A stretch of 64,000 nucleotides of DNA from positions 1 through 64,000 of IMG/VR virus record IMGVR_UViG_3300028374_000008, one strand, 5' to 3'. The DNA comes from a virus. The notes under the pieces were generated by a model. It had not been told where the DNA came from. It was given only the letters and a program-made list of their open reading frames with translations, and made no database searches. The translations under genes were made by a program, and so were the position numbers. This document shows, piece by piece, positions 27,005-37,400 of the stretch (positions are counted from its first letter, which is position 1; every line of letters begins with the position of its first letter).

Positions 27005-29185
27005 ATGGTTGATGACATCACCGTGCAATTCGCACACGACTGGGGCACGCCTGTGTTCCTGGTTAAAAACGACGATCCAGAACTCGCCCGCATCATCGGC
27101 TTTCGGAAGAAGGGGCGTACGGGCTTGGCTACCTTTCCAGCTTTCTTCCCGTTTGTCGACCGCGTGGTCGACGACCTGCGTCTGGTCTACAAAGACCGGC
27201 TGCAGTGGACAGACGAGGCGCAAACTTTTTTAGACGAGCTCCCTGCTCTACGCAAAGCGTGGCAGGCGCGTAGCATGCCGAAAGGCTTCTTGTACGTCAC
27301 AGACCCCTTTGATCATCAGATAGAAGGCGTCGAGCGTGCCTTCCACGAGTACCGCACCGCACTCTTCTTTGACTGCGGCTTAGGTAAAACCAAGACGGCC
27401 ATCGACCTTATCCGGGCCATCAAACAGGCTGAGCCAGGCGCTACTGTACTCGTAACCTGTCCCCCGACACTGCCGCACAACTGGCGCCGTGAAATCGACA
27501 AGCACGCAGGAGGGGAGCTCAGCGTCATGACGCTGGCGAACACCGACAACTCAGCGCTTCCGGTACAAACGCGTCACGACATGTACACCGGAACACGTGA
27601 CCCGGACACCGACCCTGACTCGTGGGTTTACCAGGTAAACAAAGACCTGCTCTACACCCCACTCGACGTCGAGCCTGTGTGCGCTACGTCAAAAGAGCTG
27701 CTTAAGCTTGAGCGCGCCTACCTCGACAATGTCTGTGCCGATGGTGACGTCAAAGAACGAACCTCGATTCGAGGTAAGATGGGACGTCGCGCCAAAAAGA
27801 TCGGCGTCGAACTTACGCCGTATGCGCGCATGCTTGCCCCGAAGACGCCACCGGCAAACGCACACGACGTCGTTATCGTGAGCCACTCGCTGCTATGGAA
27901 CGACGTGGACTACCTGGCAAATACAGTGAGCGCCAACGCTGTCATCGTCGATGAGTCACACGCTTTTCGGACCAAGTCATCCAACCGCTCCAAGGCGCTC
28001 CTGCGTGTCGCAAAGCACGCTAAGCGTCGCCACCTGTTGTCAGGCACGCCCACGCTTGGTGACCCGATGCACCTGTTCGTGCAGCTCTTCATTTTGGCGC
28101 CCTGGCTCACCGACGCGTGGTACCGCTTCCGTAAACGCTACGTCGTCCTAAAAGAGACAACGACGGGGCCGCGCACGTTCGACATGCCCGTGGGCTACAA
28201 AAGCATGAGCCTCCTAAACGAGATCGTGAACGAAGTAGCTGTCCGTAAGAAAGCCAGTGAATGCTTGGATCTACCTCCCGTACGCATCGTGGATCATTAC
28301 GTTGACGTGGGCCCAAAAACGCGTGAGGTCTACAACGATTTCATCCGAAACTGGGGCACCGAGATGGGCGACCAGCAAATGCGCGTTGCGCACGCGGCGG
28401 ACCGTCTGACCAAACTTTTCCAGACGTTGTCCGGGTTCTTCATCAACTCAAACAAGAACTACGAGCTGTGCAACGACTGTCCGCATCTGATGAATTGCGT
28501 CGCAAACCGAATTGCGCCGTACACCCCGGAGTGCAAGGTAGAACAGGCGGAACCGCCTAAGGAGACAGTTCGTATCGGCGAGACAGACAGGCGCGACTCA
28601 TGTCTGGAATTGGTGGACTCCATCATGGCGGGCGCCACCAACAAGGTCATCATCTGGTGCGCGTACACCGAAGAGCTCGACATGATTGAGGAGGGAATTC
28701 AGGCACACAACAACACATGCTCCGAGGAAGATAAGTGGGGCTACGTCCGAGTCGACGGCGCAACCAAAGACAAAATCGCAGCCGAAGACGCGTTCCAGGC
28801 AGACGACGACAACTGCCGGATCTACCTGAGCCAGATCGCAACAGGTATCGGCATCACACTAACTGCTGCCAACTACATGATTTACTACTCTGTGACGTTT
28901 GATTTGGAGCATTACGAGCAGTCATCCAAGCGCGCTGACCGTATCGGGCAGACACGTCCGCTGACCATCTACCACATGATTACGGAGGGCTCCGTAAATG
29001 AGTATATCTTCCGTTCCTTACGGAAGAAAGTTGACATATCTGCTACACTGACCGACCACATTCGGTGTGCTACATGTGAGCGTGAGCCAGTGTGTGCGGC
29101 GGCTAATATAAAGCCGTTCGACGAGGACTGTGTGTACTCGGACACGGACTCACGTGTGACGACGCAACCCAAACTACTTCGATAG
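27005..29185 (+). CDS. SNF2-family helicase
   Basis: DCGLGKT, VDESH, LSGTP, GIGITLTAA, RADRIGQ. Confidence 0.9.
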   Translation: MVDDITVQFAHDWGTPVFLVKNDDPELARIIGFRKKGRTGLATFPAFFPFVDRVVDDLRLVYKDRLQWTDEAQTFLDELPALRKAWQARSMPKGFLYVTDPFDHQIEGVERAFHEYRTALFFDCGLGKTKTAIDLIRAIKQAEPGATVLVTCPPTLPHNWRREIDKHAGGELSVMTLANTDNSALPVQTRHDMYTGTRDPDTDPDSWVYQVNKDLLYTPLDVEPVCATSKELLKLERAYLDNVCADGDVKERTSIRGKMGRRAKKIGVELTPYARMLAPKTPPANAHDVVIVSHSLLWNDVDYLANTVSANAVIVDESHAFRTKSSNRSKALLRVAKHAKRRHLLSGTPTLGDPMHLFVQLFILAPWLTDAWYRFRKRYVVLKETTTGPRTFDMPVGYKSMSLLNEIVNEVAVRKKASECLDLPPVRIVDHYVDVGPKTREVYNDFIRNWGTEMGDQQMRVAHAADRLTKLFQTLSGFFINSNKNYELCNDCPHLMNCVANRIAPYTPECKVEQAEPPKETVRIGETDRRDSCLELVDSIMAGATNKVIIWCAYTEELDMIEEGIQAHNNTCSEEDKWGYVRVDGATKDKIAAEDAFQADDDNCRIYLSQIATGIGITLTAANYMIYYSVTFDLEHYEQSSKRADRIGQTRPLTIYHMITEGSVNEYIFRSLRKKVDISATLTDHIRCATCEREPVCAAANIKPFDEDCVYSDTDSRVTTQPKLLR

Positions 29186-29194
29186 GCCCCTACC

Positions 29195-29833
29195 ATGGCA
29201 TTCAAACTACAAGCACAACTCGTTTTCGCTGCTCAAGACCTAGAGGAGCTCATCGCAGACAAAGTTGCCGAGTCTGGCTATGTGATGACTGACCTGGAGT
29301 GGACCGATGACACCGACGCGACGGTTCACGTCCGCCCCATGACACAAGAAGAGAGGGAAGAACACGGCTTGAAGACGCCGCCAGCGACTGCGGACATCAT
29401 CGCTATCGTAAACGCACGTTTTGAGGAGTTGTTTGAAGCCCTTTTCTCCGTCGACATGGCGCTACAAGACAAAGTGGCCACGCTTACAGAGACGGTACGA
29501 AACATGCCGCAACAAGTGGTACAAGATGTCCCGCCTACTCCACTTAGCCCGAGTGTGCCACCCCGTGATGTATCGACGGATGCGCTAAGTGTGGGCAACG
29601 AACTCAACGGCGGGCACGTTGCGGCAACGTCTATCAAAGACTTGCTCGAGCAGAACAGTGAGATGTCCGGCACCGCGCGTCAAAGCGCTATCGACAAGGC
29701 CAAATCACGTCAGCGTATCCAAGAGATTAGAAGTGAGCAGGGCAGTCTTGAAGACGCGCCTGTCGTGTCTCTTGTCTCAGAAGACGGAGAACGCTTTCTT
29801 GGCCCAAACGAATCGTACGAATACCCCGACTAA
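29195..29833 (+). CDS. Hypothetical protein
   Basis: 212-aa acidic ORF in operon. Confidence 0.65.
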   Translation: MAFKLQAQLVFAAQDLEELIADKVAESGYVMTDLEWTDDTDATVHVRPMTQEEREEHGLKTPPATADIIAIVNARFEELFEALFSVDMALQDKVATLTETVRNMPQQVVQDVPPTPLSPSVPPRDVSTDALSVGNELNGGHVAATSIKDLLEQNSEMSGTARQSAIDKAKSRQRIQEIRSEQGSLEDAPVVSLVSEDGERFLGPNESYEYPD

Positions 29834-29851
29834 CTACCCCCGGAGGCCTGC

Positions 29852-30760
29852 ATGACAAAAGGATTAGAAGGTGCTGACTTAGAAGACATCGACGAGGTGG
29901 AACAAGCGTCGTCGATCTACGACCTGCCCAAAGACCACTTCTCACACTCACAGATAAACCTGTGGTTCATCTGTGGGCACCGGTACTACCTCAAGTACGT
30001 ACAGGGGGAGCGGCGTCCAGGGTCGTCAAACATGGTGCATGGACAGATCGTCCACCGCGCTGTCGAGGCGATGAACAACTACAAGATCGAGAACACGTGG
30101 GACATCCCGCCCGAGGAGCTTGGAAACGACGTTATCTCCGATGCTCTGGCGGAGGACCGGACAAAGGACATTGAAGTTTGGGACCCAAAAATCCCGGACT
30201 CAAAGTCTCTGGAGAAGGGCGCACGCTTGATGTCGGGGCTGTACTACAAAGAACGTCTCCCCGAGACGCGTCCCCGCGTTACCGAGCTGAAAGTAGAGAC
30301 TCTGGTACGTAACTCCATCAACATGCTGGGGTACATCGACTTGGTCGAAGACTCCCCCATGGCGCCTGTCGAAGGCGTGCCTGTTAAGACCGTCGACGAC
30401 ATTCGCCGCACGGACTTCATCACAGACTTGAAGAACACCGGGCGTACGTACGGTAAACAACGCGTCGCCAACTCCCTGCAGCTCACGCTGTACTCTGCTG
30501 TGACGGGGGCGGAACACGTTGCCTACGATCTGCTCGTACAGACCAAGAAGCCCAAGTTTGTGCGACAGGAATCGTGGCGTCCGCAGTCTGAACGTGAACA
30601 CGCGCTCGACGTTGTTGAAGACGTCGCTGCTGCGATCACCAAAGGCGTCTTCCCCAAAACCGACCCCGAGTCGTGGGCATGCTCTGAGAAGTGGTGCCCC
30701 TACTGGAGCCAGTGCCGGGGCAAGCGCACTACAACTCACCACGTCAAAGGTATGGACTGA
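29852..30760 (+). CDS. PD-(D/E)XK (Cas4/RecB-like) nuclease
   Basis: FSHSQINLWFICGHRY, G.IVH, GYIDL...TDLK, QLTLY, C..KWCPYWSQC. Confidence 0.85.
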   Translation: MTKGLEGADLEDIDEVEQASSIYDLPKDHFSHSQINLWFICGHRYYLKYVQGERRPGSSNMVHGQIVHRAVEAMNNYKIENTWDIPPEELGNDVISDALAEDRTKDIEVWDPKIPDSKSLEKGARLMSGLYYKERLPETRPRVTELKVETLVRNSINMLGYIDLVEDSPMAPVEGVPVKTVDDIRRTDFITDLKNTGRTYGKQRVANSLQLTLYSAVTGAEHVAYDLLVQTKKPKFVRQESWRPQSEREHALDVVEDVAAAITKGVFPKTDPESWACSEKWCPYWSQCRGKRTTTHHVKGMD

Positions 30761-30978
30761 TGGAAAAGTACGGAGTCGACGAAGAACCCCAAGACAAGAC
30801 CGCCTCGCAGGGATGTCCTGTGTGCGGAGAGGAGCTCATTTATGCAGGCTCTATTCGACGATGCCCAACGCATGGCACCCGACCATTCGAGGTGGATGCG
30901 CCAGCAAGCCCAGGACCCGAAGGTGACGCCGACAACGGCGTGGCTGGGGGTGGTGGTCAAGGCAACGCGGACGACTGA
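30760..30978 (+). CDS. Small Zn-ribbon protein
   Basis: MEKYGV...CPVCG...CPTHG; ATG overlaps upstream stop. Confidence 0.6.
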   Translation: MEKYGVDEEPQDKTASQGCPVCGEELIYAGSIRRCPTHGTRPFEVDAPASPGPEGDADNGVAGGGGQGNADD

Positions 30979-31468
30979 GGACCCGCGTAAAAAGGCATTC
31001 GTGCCCGTGATGCGTATCGACGAGGCGGAGTACCGCGTCGTAAATGAGATCAAGCGCCTGACTGTGAAGTCAGGCGTTTTTCTTTGGGACCTAAACGACC
31101 AGAAACGCTACCAGTGGCTCACCTCATCGGGCAAACCCATGCGGGTGTCCAACGCAGCGTATGAGCTGCCTGCGTTGCTCATACCGGACCCGGATGTAGC
31201 ACCCGTGTGCTGTGACAACGTATGTGACACGTGCCCGTTGTGGTTACCGTGTCGCAACTCAAATGCCATGCGCACCGCACATCTGTACGGCGTCAGCCTA
31301 TCGACATTTCATTTCACAAAACGAGGGAGGTATCCCGACACCAAAACATGGAAGGCGCCTGGCGAGGAGATAACCGGGCTGGGCATGAAGTACTTCGGCC
31401 CTCCCCGCGTCATCGATTCCGGCGTCGTCTTCCAGTACGTACCGCAATTCATCAAGGATGATACTTAA
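30842..31468 (+). CDS. Hypothetical Cys-cluster protein (start uncertain)
   Basis: CCDNVCDTCPLWLPC. Confidence 0.55.
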   Translation: MQALFDDAQRMAPDHSRWMRQQAQDPKVTPTTAWLGVVVKATRTTEDPRKKAFVPVMRIDEAEYRVVNEIKRLTVKSGVFLWDLNDQKRYQWLTSSGKPMRVSNAAYELPALLIPDPDVAPVCCDNVCDTCPLWLPCRNSNAMRTAHLYGVSLSTFHFTKRGRYPDTKTWKAPGEEITGLGMKYFGPPRVIDSGVVFQYVPQFIKDDT

Positions 31469-31625
31469 CGAGACCAGCATGTACTTCTACTTCCGGGCAC
31501 GACGCTTCATTCGCAATATAATTTGGCACGCAAAGCAAATTGTTCCTTGCGATGAAGAGCCCGAGGAGTCGGCCCAGGACGATCCTATAAACATCGTCTT
31601 CCTGGATGTATGGAGAAACAAATGA
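31458..31625 (+). CDS. Small hypothetical protein (55 aa)
   Basis: Read by hand, MILNETSMYFYF...WRNK; stop overlaps the ParB ATG (ATGA). Confidence 0.45.
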   Translation: MILNETSMYFYFRARRFIRNIIWHAKQIVPCDEEPEESAQDDPINIVFLDVWRNK

Positions 31626-32611
31626 AACTAATCGACATCGAAGACATTTTCGTCCCCGATGACAACGTCCGTTCCGAAAACCCGGAGACAGATGAAGACC
31701 TTGAATCACTGAAAGCGTCCATCCACGCGACGCGCCAGATGGCCGGCGGTGAGCCCTTGAAAGCGCTGCTGCAACCCATCTCTGTACGCAATGCAACGCC
31801 GGACGATGACACCGACAAAAAGTACGTCCTACGATACGGGTTCCGGCGGTTCCACGCCTTCCTGTCCATCTTCCAGGACTCGCCGACCAAGAACATCTGG
31901 GCGCGGCGTATCCCGGGTATCGTCGACGTCTTCATTGACGACGAGCAGACTGGCGCAGAGCTGCATTACCGCATCATCGAAAACCTTCAGCGCAAGGACA
32001 TGAACATCCTGGACGAGGCCCGAGCGATTGAGAAGCTCATGAAGGTCACCAAGTCCAACCAGTCACAGGTCGCCAAGCTTCTTGGGCAGACCAAGGGCTG
32101 GGTGTCGCAGCGTCTCAAGCTGTTGAAGATGGCGCCAGAAGTCCAGACCAAGATCGAAGAAGGAGAGCTTGGGCAGGGCAAGGCTCGTGAGATCGCACGG
32201 ATCTCTGACCACGACAAACAACGCGAGGTCTTAGAAGAGCTCGAAGGAGAGGACAAACCCACCGTCAAAGACGTCAAGAAAAAGGTCCGAAAGGCCAAGC
32301 GAGAGGAGCGCAAAGAAGACACCGAAGACACCGACACCGAAGACACCGAGGAGCTCACACACGAAGAGAAAGTCGAAGCCGTCAAGAAACGCGCGGAGTC
32401 CAACGACACCCCACCTGGGCCTCCTGAGCCCGACCCCGTCATCGAACGCGTGACCACGGAAATGGCAGCGCTACAGAAGCGCGTGAAGTCCGCCAAGAGC
32501 AAGGACGAGCGCGAGAAAGCGATCTTCTATTCGGGCGCAGAGCAAGCTCTTCGCTACGCAAATGGAGAGATCAAAACCGTCCGGTTTGATAGCCGGATGT
32601 TTGAGGATTGA
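31622..32611 (+). CDS. parB: ParB/Spo0J-family protein
   Basis: LLQPISVR, GFRRFHA, IENLQRKDMNILDEA, HTH QSQVAKLLGQTKGWVSQRLKLL. Confidence 0.85.
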   Translation: MKLIDIEDIFVPDDNVRSENPETDEDLESLKASIHATRQMAGGEPLKALLQPISVRNATPDDDTDKKYVLRYGFRRFHAFLSIFQDSPTKNIWARRIPGIVDVFIDDEQTGAELHYRIIENLQRKDMNILDEARAIEKLMKVTKSNQSQVAKLLGQTKGWVSQRLKLLKMAPEVQTKIEEGELGQGKAREIARISDHDKQREVLEELEGEDKPTVKDVKKKVRKAKREERKEDTEDTDTEDTEELTHEEKVEAVKKRAESNDTPPGPPEPDPVIERVTTEMAALQKRVKSAKSKDEREKAIFYSGAEQALRYANGEIKTVRFDSRMFED

Positions 32612-32767
32612 CGACCAAAACACCTGCCTGATATACCTCAAAGGCACCCTGCACACATGGCGTAGGCAGGCTCCAAACAAGGGGAATCGGGCTATAGGTA
32701 CGTTCTACGTATCGTGGTGCTTTTGTGTGTCCCTACAACCAAAAAACAAGACCAACAAGGAAATGAA

Positions 32768-33628
32768 ATGGCAACAGATTTGAAAGAATTGCTCGAGATT
32801 GTGCCTTCCCTCGACCAGGCCCCTGAAGAAACACAGCAAGCGTACATCACCATGTACGACGCGATGACCAAGCCTCCCAAGGGCATGGACCCAGAGAACT
32901 GGCGGTGGTCGCCGGACGTGGTCAAGATTCGTCACCGCATGACCTCGGACAGCGCCATGCCAGAAGAGGCCGCTATCGGCGACGTCTGGTCCGCCAACCG
33001 CGTGCTTTGGTCCGCTAAAGAAGACGGCAAAGAAAAGCCGTTTCGGTTCGTCCCGTTCAAGCGCTGGCTCTCGCACGCACGCTTTGTGAAGGGCTCGACA
33101 CGCCCCGATTGCACGTCGATGGACGCCAAGACGGGCTTTGGTGACAACGGCACCGGCACCGGCGAAGGCCCGCATGATTGCAACACGTGCCCGCAGCGCC
33201 CGTGGGCCGACGGCAAGAAAACAGACTGCATGCGTAGCCAGAACTACTACGTGTTCGACTTGGACAACACATGCATCCGCATGATCAATTTCTCCAAGTC
33301 TAACTACAAAGCGGGCTCGGTCATCGTAGACGTTTCGTCGACGAAGAATGCGATCTGGGACACGGTCTTTGGTGTGACGACCAAGATTCAGTCCGCCAAG
33401 GACTACGAGTACCCTGTCTACGTACTCCGTGAAGTCGAATCGCAGCAGGACCCGTGGGTCGCTGAGTTCTGCGACCACGCCTACGACATGCTCTCTGCAC
33501 GGCGCGACGAAGCTGTTGCGCGAATGAAGCAACGTGCGTTGGCTGCTGAAGAGGCTCTTCAAGGTCCCGCACCCGCACTCGAAGATCTCGAGGATGCAGA
33601 AGAGGTCGACGGTTTCGACGACATGTAA
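32768..33628 (+). CDS. Putative ssDNA-binding/annealing protein
   Basis: In replication operon; Cys motif; acidic tail EDLEDAEEVDGFDDM; followed by terminator. Confidence 0.5.
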   Translation: MATDLKELLEIVPSLDQAPEETQQAYITMYDAMTKPPKGMDPENWRWSPDVVKIRHRMTSDSAMPEEAAIGDVWSANRVLWSAKEDGKEKPFRFVPFKRWLSHARFVKGSTRPDCTSMDAKTGFGDNGTGTGEGPHDCNTCPQRPWADGKKTDCMRSQNYYVFDLDNTCIRMINFSKSNYKAGSVIVDVSSTKNAIWDTVFGVTTKIQSAKDYEYPVYVLREVESQQDPWVAEFCDHAYDMLSARRDEAVARMKQRALAAEEALQGPAPALEDLEDAEEVDGFDDM

Positions 33629-33638
33629 GACACTGCTC

Positions 33639-33676
33639 TGCCGGGGCCCCTATTAATGGGTCCCGGCATTTTCTTT
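33639..33676 (+). terminator. Intrinsic terminator
   Basis: TGCCGGGGCCC...GGGTCCCGGCA then TTTTCTTT. Confidence 0.75.
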
Positions 33677-33698
33677 ACCTCACACACAGAACAATATT

Positions 33699-34475
33699 AT
33701 GTCTTACGCCCCCTGGAGCATCTCGAAAGCAGACGTCGCTCTCGCGTGTAATCTGCGGTTCAAATTACGGTACGACGTTGGCGAGAAAGGCCAGGCCATC
33801 ACCAGTGGCGCAGGACGCATTGGCTCCGCTGCACACATCGTTTTAGAGACGATGCTCGAAGGCGGTAGCTTCGAAGCTGGCTTTAAGAAGGGCGTGATGA
33901 AAGCCGCCCTGACGCACAAAGAAACCTACGAACTCAAAACGTATCGAGAGCCCGTCGACCGGTTCATGAAGAAGTACGGCGACTGGAAGTCTCGGTACAA
34001 CGTCTTAGAAGAGCACGTTGAGAAGCAGGTCTCGATCAATAAGGACCTCGACATCATCGGCTACTGGGACAAGCCCGGCTACTTTCGCGGCGTCTTCGAC
34101 TTGGGTGTCTTAGTTGAGCGCGCGGGCAAGAAGTACCTCATCGTCATCGACCACAAGTCCGGTGACCCCAAGCCCATAGAGAACTACACCAAGCAGCTCC
34201 ACTCCTACATGGTGTGTGCACTGAGTCTGTACCCCGACATTGCCGGGGCGCAGGCGGCTATTCATTGGCTACGTGCACAGGAAGATCTCGACCAAAAACC
34301 GATTGAGTGGACTCAAATGTACTCTGCAGAAACCATCCAGAATAAACTCGTCCCCTGGCTTCACGACTATTTGGGAGAAGCCCAGGAACGCGGCGACGCC
34401 GCTCCTGAAGCGAATGAAGGGTGGTACTGCACATTCTGTGAATACCAGTATAAATGCCCAAAGAAAGGGGCTTAG
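33699..34475 (+). CDS. Second PD-(D/E)XK (Cas4/RecB-like) nuclease
   Basis: WSISK...C, G.AAH, RGVFDL...IDHKSG, QLHSY, CTFCEYQYKCP. Confidence 0.85.
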   Translation: MSYAPWSISKADVALACNLRFKLRYDVGEKGQAITSGAGRIGSAAHIVLETMLEGGSFEAGFKKGVMKAALTHKETYELKTYREPVDRFMKKYGDWKSRYNVLEEHVEKQVSINKDLDIIGYWDKPGYFRGVFDLGVLVERAGKKYLIVIDHKSGDPKPIENYTKQLHSYMVCALSLYPDIAGAQAAIHWLRAQEDLDQKPIEWTQMYSAETIQNKLVPWLHDYLGEAQERGDAAPEANEGWYCTFCEYQYKCPKKGA

Positions 34476-34493
34476 CGTTGCAAGGAGGCGTAC

Positions 34494-37400
34494 GTGAAAA
34501 AGGTAACACTCACCACCAAGGAGAAGTCCCGGCTACTGCACGACGCTGGGATTGAGCAGGTATTCGACTTATGCCAAGAGCACAAGCCCGGACACCAATG
34601 GCGCATGTCGGGCCAGAAAATTCAGGGGCAGTGCCTCTTTCCTAACCACAAAGATTCAAACCCATCTTTTGCGCTGTTGTTCGTGGGAAACCGCGTCGTC
34701 GGAAAGTGCTTAAGCTGCGGGCAGATAGTCTCCGACGGCTTCAAAATCCTGGCGCTCATCACAGGCGTAAAAGATGAGCTTCGTCTGCTGCACGACGTGC
34801 TGGGCACCCGGATGCGGGTTAAGTTCGACGACTCAGTCGAAGACGCGCTGGTTCTTGAAGACCAGTTCCAGACCGTCAAAAAGGCGATGCTCCACGCCAG
34901 CACCCAGGTGCTGCACAACGCCATGCACAGCCACGACGATGAGTGGGGCTATGCTCAGGACGCCGTTCAGTACTTTCAAAAGCGCGGCATCATGCCGCAG
35001 GCGCTGCCGCTTCTCGACGTGGGGATCTACCCCAACATGCGTCACTTCCATGACTTCAGCTCAACCCGTTACCCCGAAGCGATGATGCATTGGGAGTCCT
35101 ACTTTGGCCCCACGGTCTTTGACCGGCAGCCTCAAGCCAAAGGTAAGTTCGGCGGGTGGATGCTCTTTGGTTACCGCTTGGACCGCTCACGTATCGGACG
35201 CTTCAAGCTGCGCAACCCGAACAACAAAGACGACCAGGTAACGCTTGGGGCAGACCGTACCGAGACGTTGGGCTTCTTTGGGATGCATGCTGTGTCGTAC
35301 TCCGAGGACGCCAAAACAGGCGTCGTAGTCGAAGGTGAGTTCGACCAGATAGCCCTGTTTCAAGACCAGAAGTTCAACGGACGCACCCGTCAGCCCGTCA
35401 TCGTTGCATGCGGCGGAAGTGGCAAGGTCACGGACTTAGACGTCATGGCAGACATTGGCGTGGAGAACGTCATCATCGCTGCTGACAATGACAAGGGCGG
35501 GTTCACCGCCACAGAGTCGATTCTAAAGCGCGCATCCCAAGATGAGATCACGGACATACGTGTCTACGACTGGTCGGACAAACTGCGCGCTGCGGGCATC
35601 AAAGACCCTGACGAGGCTATCCGCAAGAACATGGCACAGGAATTTGTGTCGTCTCTGTATAGCGCAGCCTTCACGCTCACGGTTCCACTGTGGGCAGTCG
35701 AGGCGACCAAGCGTGTCCTTAGCGGTGTGAGTGACCCTGACGCCGCACAGGTAGCTCGTGCGGCACACCCCTACGCAAACATCCTGGCAGACCCCGCGAG
35801 CAAAGAAGAGTTCTGCATCAAGATCTCGACCACGTTCGACGTCGACCAGGGCATCATCAACAAGCGCATCGGACAGGCAAACTCTGACGTCCAACTCATC
35901 TACAACATTGAGGCATTGCTTAAGCGCACCTGCACGCCTCTGTACCGCTCCGGCACGCACACCATTACGGTGTACGCGCACGACTCACGGCGCGTCTGCG
36001 AAGTCGACACGGGCACCATGCGCAAGCACTTGAGCTCGTGGCGGTTTGTCTTTGGTACGACGGTGTGGGACTTCATCGAGGATCGCTTAGGCATCCCGAC
36101 GTGGGTCCGTATTGACACAGGTAAGAAGCAACCCACCGAACGATCACGCGCAGTACAAAAGCGCATGATTGAAGAGGCATTCGACGACGCCGTCCAGATG
36201 TTCACCGCGACGGTACGCTCTCGAGAGGACCTTATCGTCTGCCGGCAGGGCGTTCACTGGGCGAACGCAGACGACAACTCGCGTGACGACGCACTCATCC
36301 CAGATGACGTACCACGGCAACGTGTTTACGTCGTAAACGGCGACCGTGTTTACCGGGGAGAAGAAGACCCCGTTACAGGCTACGCACACTACACAGAGCT
36401 GGCACGCCCCCGGGAAGGCGCCTACGTCTTCGACCTCGAACCACAGCCGTGGTCAAAGGCGATTACCCGGCCGCAGGACATGGACAACGGAGGCAAGCTC
36501 ACGCACAAAGAGTGTTTTGAGATGCGCCATAAGATGCTCGACTGCTGGAAGTTTAAAGCACAAGAGCCCACGCAGACCTTCCTCGCTGCCCAGCTTGATG
36601 TCCTGCTGCCCTGCTTAGCGTTTGAGTATCTGCCGTTCATCTTCTTCACTGCTCAGACGCAGTCCGGTAAGTCCACGCTTCTTAAAGGACTGATCGGCGG
36701 GGCAGACCCAAAAGAGATTGGGACGGTGGAAGGCGCGTTTGTCTCCGAAGACTACACGTCTGCAGGCGTAATGCAGCACGCTACAGGTGTTGCACTGCCG
36801 ATGTGCCTGGACGAATTTGAAGACCCTGCATCATGCGACAGCCCTCGTAAGGCGACCGCTGTGCGTGGTCTTTTGGAGATGTCACGTAACGCGTCTACCG
36901 GGTCCATGCAGTTGCGCGGCACCCGCGACGGTGAGGGCCGCGAGGCCATGCGCCGGTTCATGTTGATCACCGCAGGGATTGCGCCGTTCCAACAAGGCCA
37001 AGACCTAAACCGTTGGTTCACCATTGAGCTCGAAAACGTCGAAGGCAAAGACGCTCCCGAGATTGTCATTGCGCAGACGTACTCCCAGGACCAAATCGAG
37101 GAGTTGCGCATGTCCACGACACTCAACAGCCTGCGCGACATATTTAAGATGCGTAAGCGGGGCGCGGCGTACCGCAAGGAAGCACTCAAAGGTAAAAATA
37201 ACGGGGGCAAGCTCGAGGTTACGCAGACGCGATTTGCTAAAGCGATGGAGTCTGTTCTTGCCGCGCTTGATATGGCGGAGTACCCCGACGTCTGGGGCTT
37301 TGCGCAGGAGTTTTTGAACCTGAACGAAGACTACGTCACTCGGGCATCCTCCACCGAGGAAGAGCTCATGTACGGTGCGGTGATGGACACGCCATGCTTT

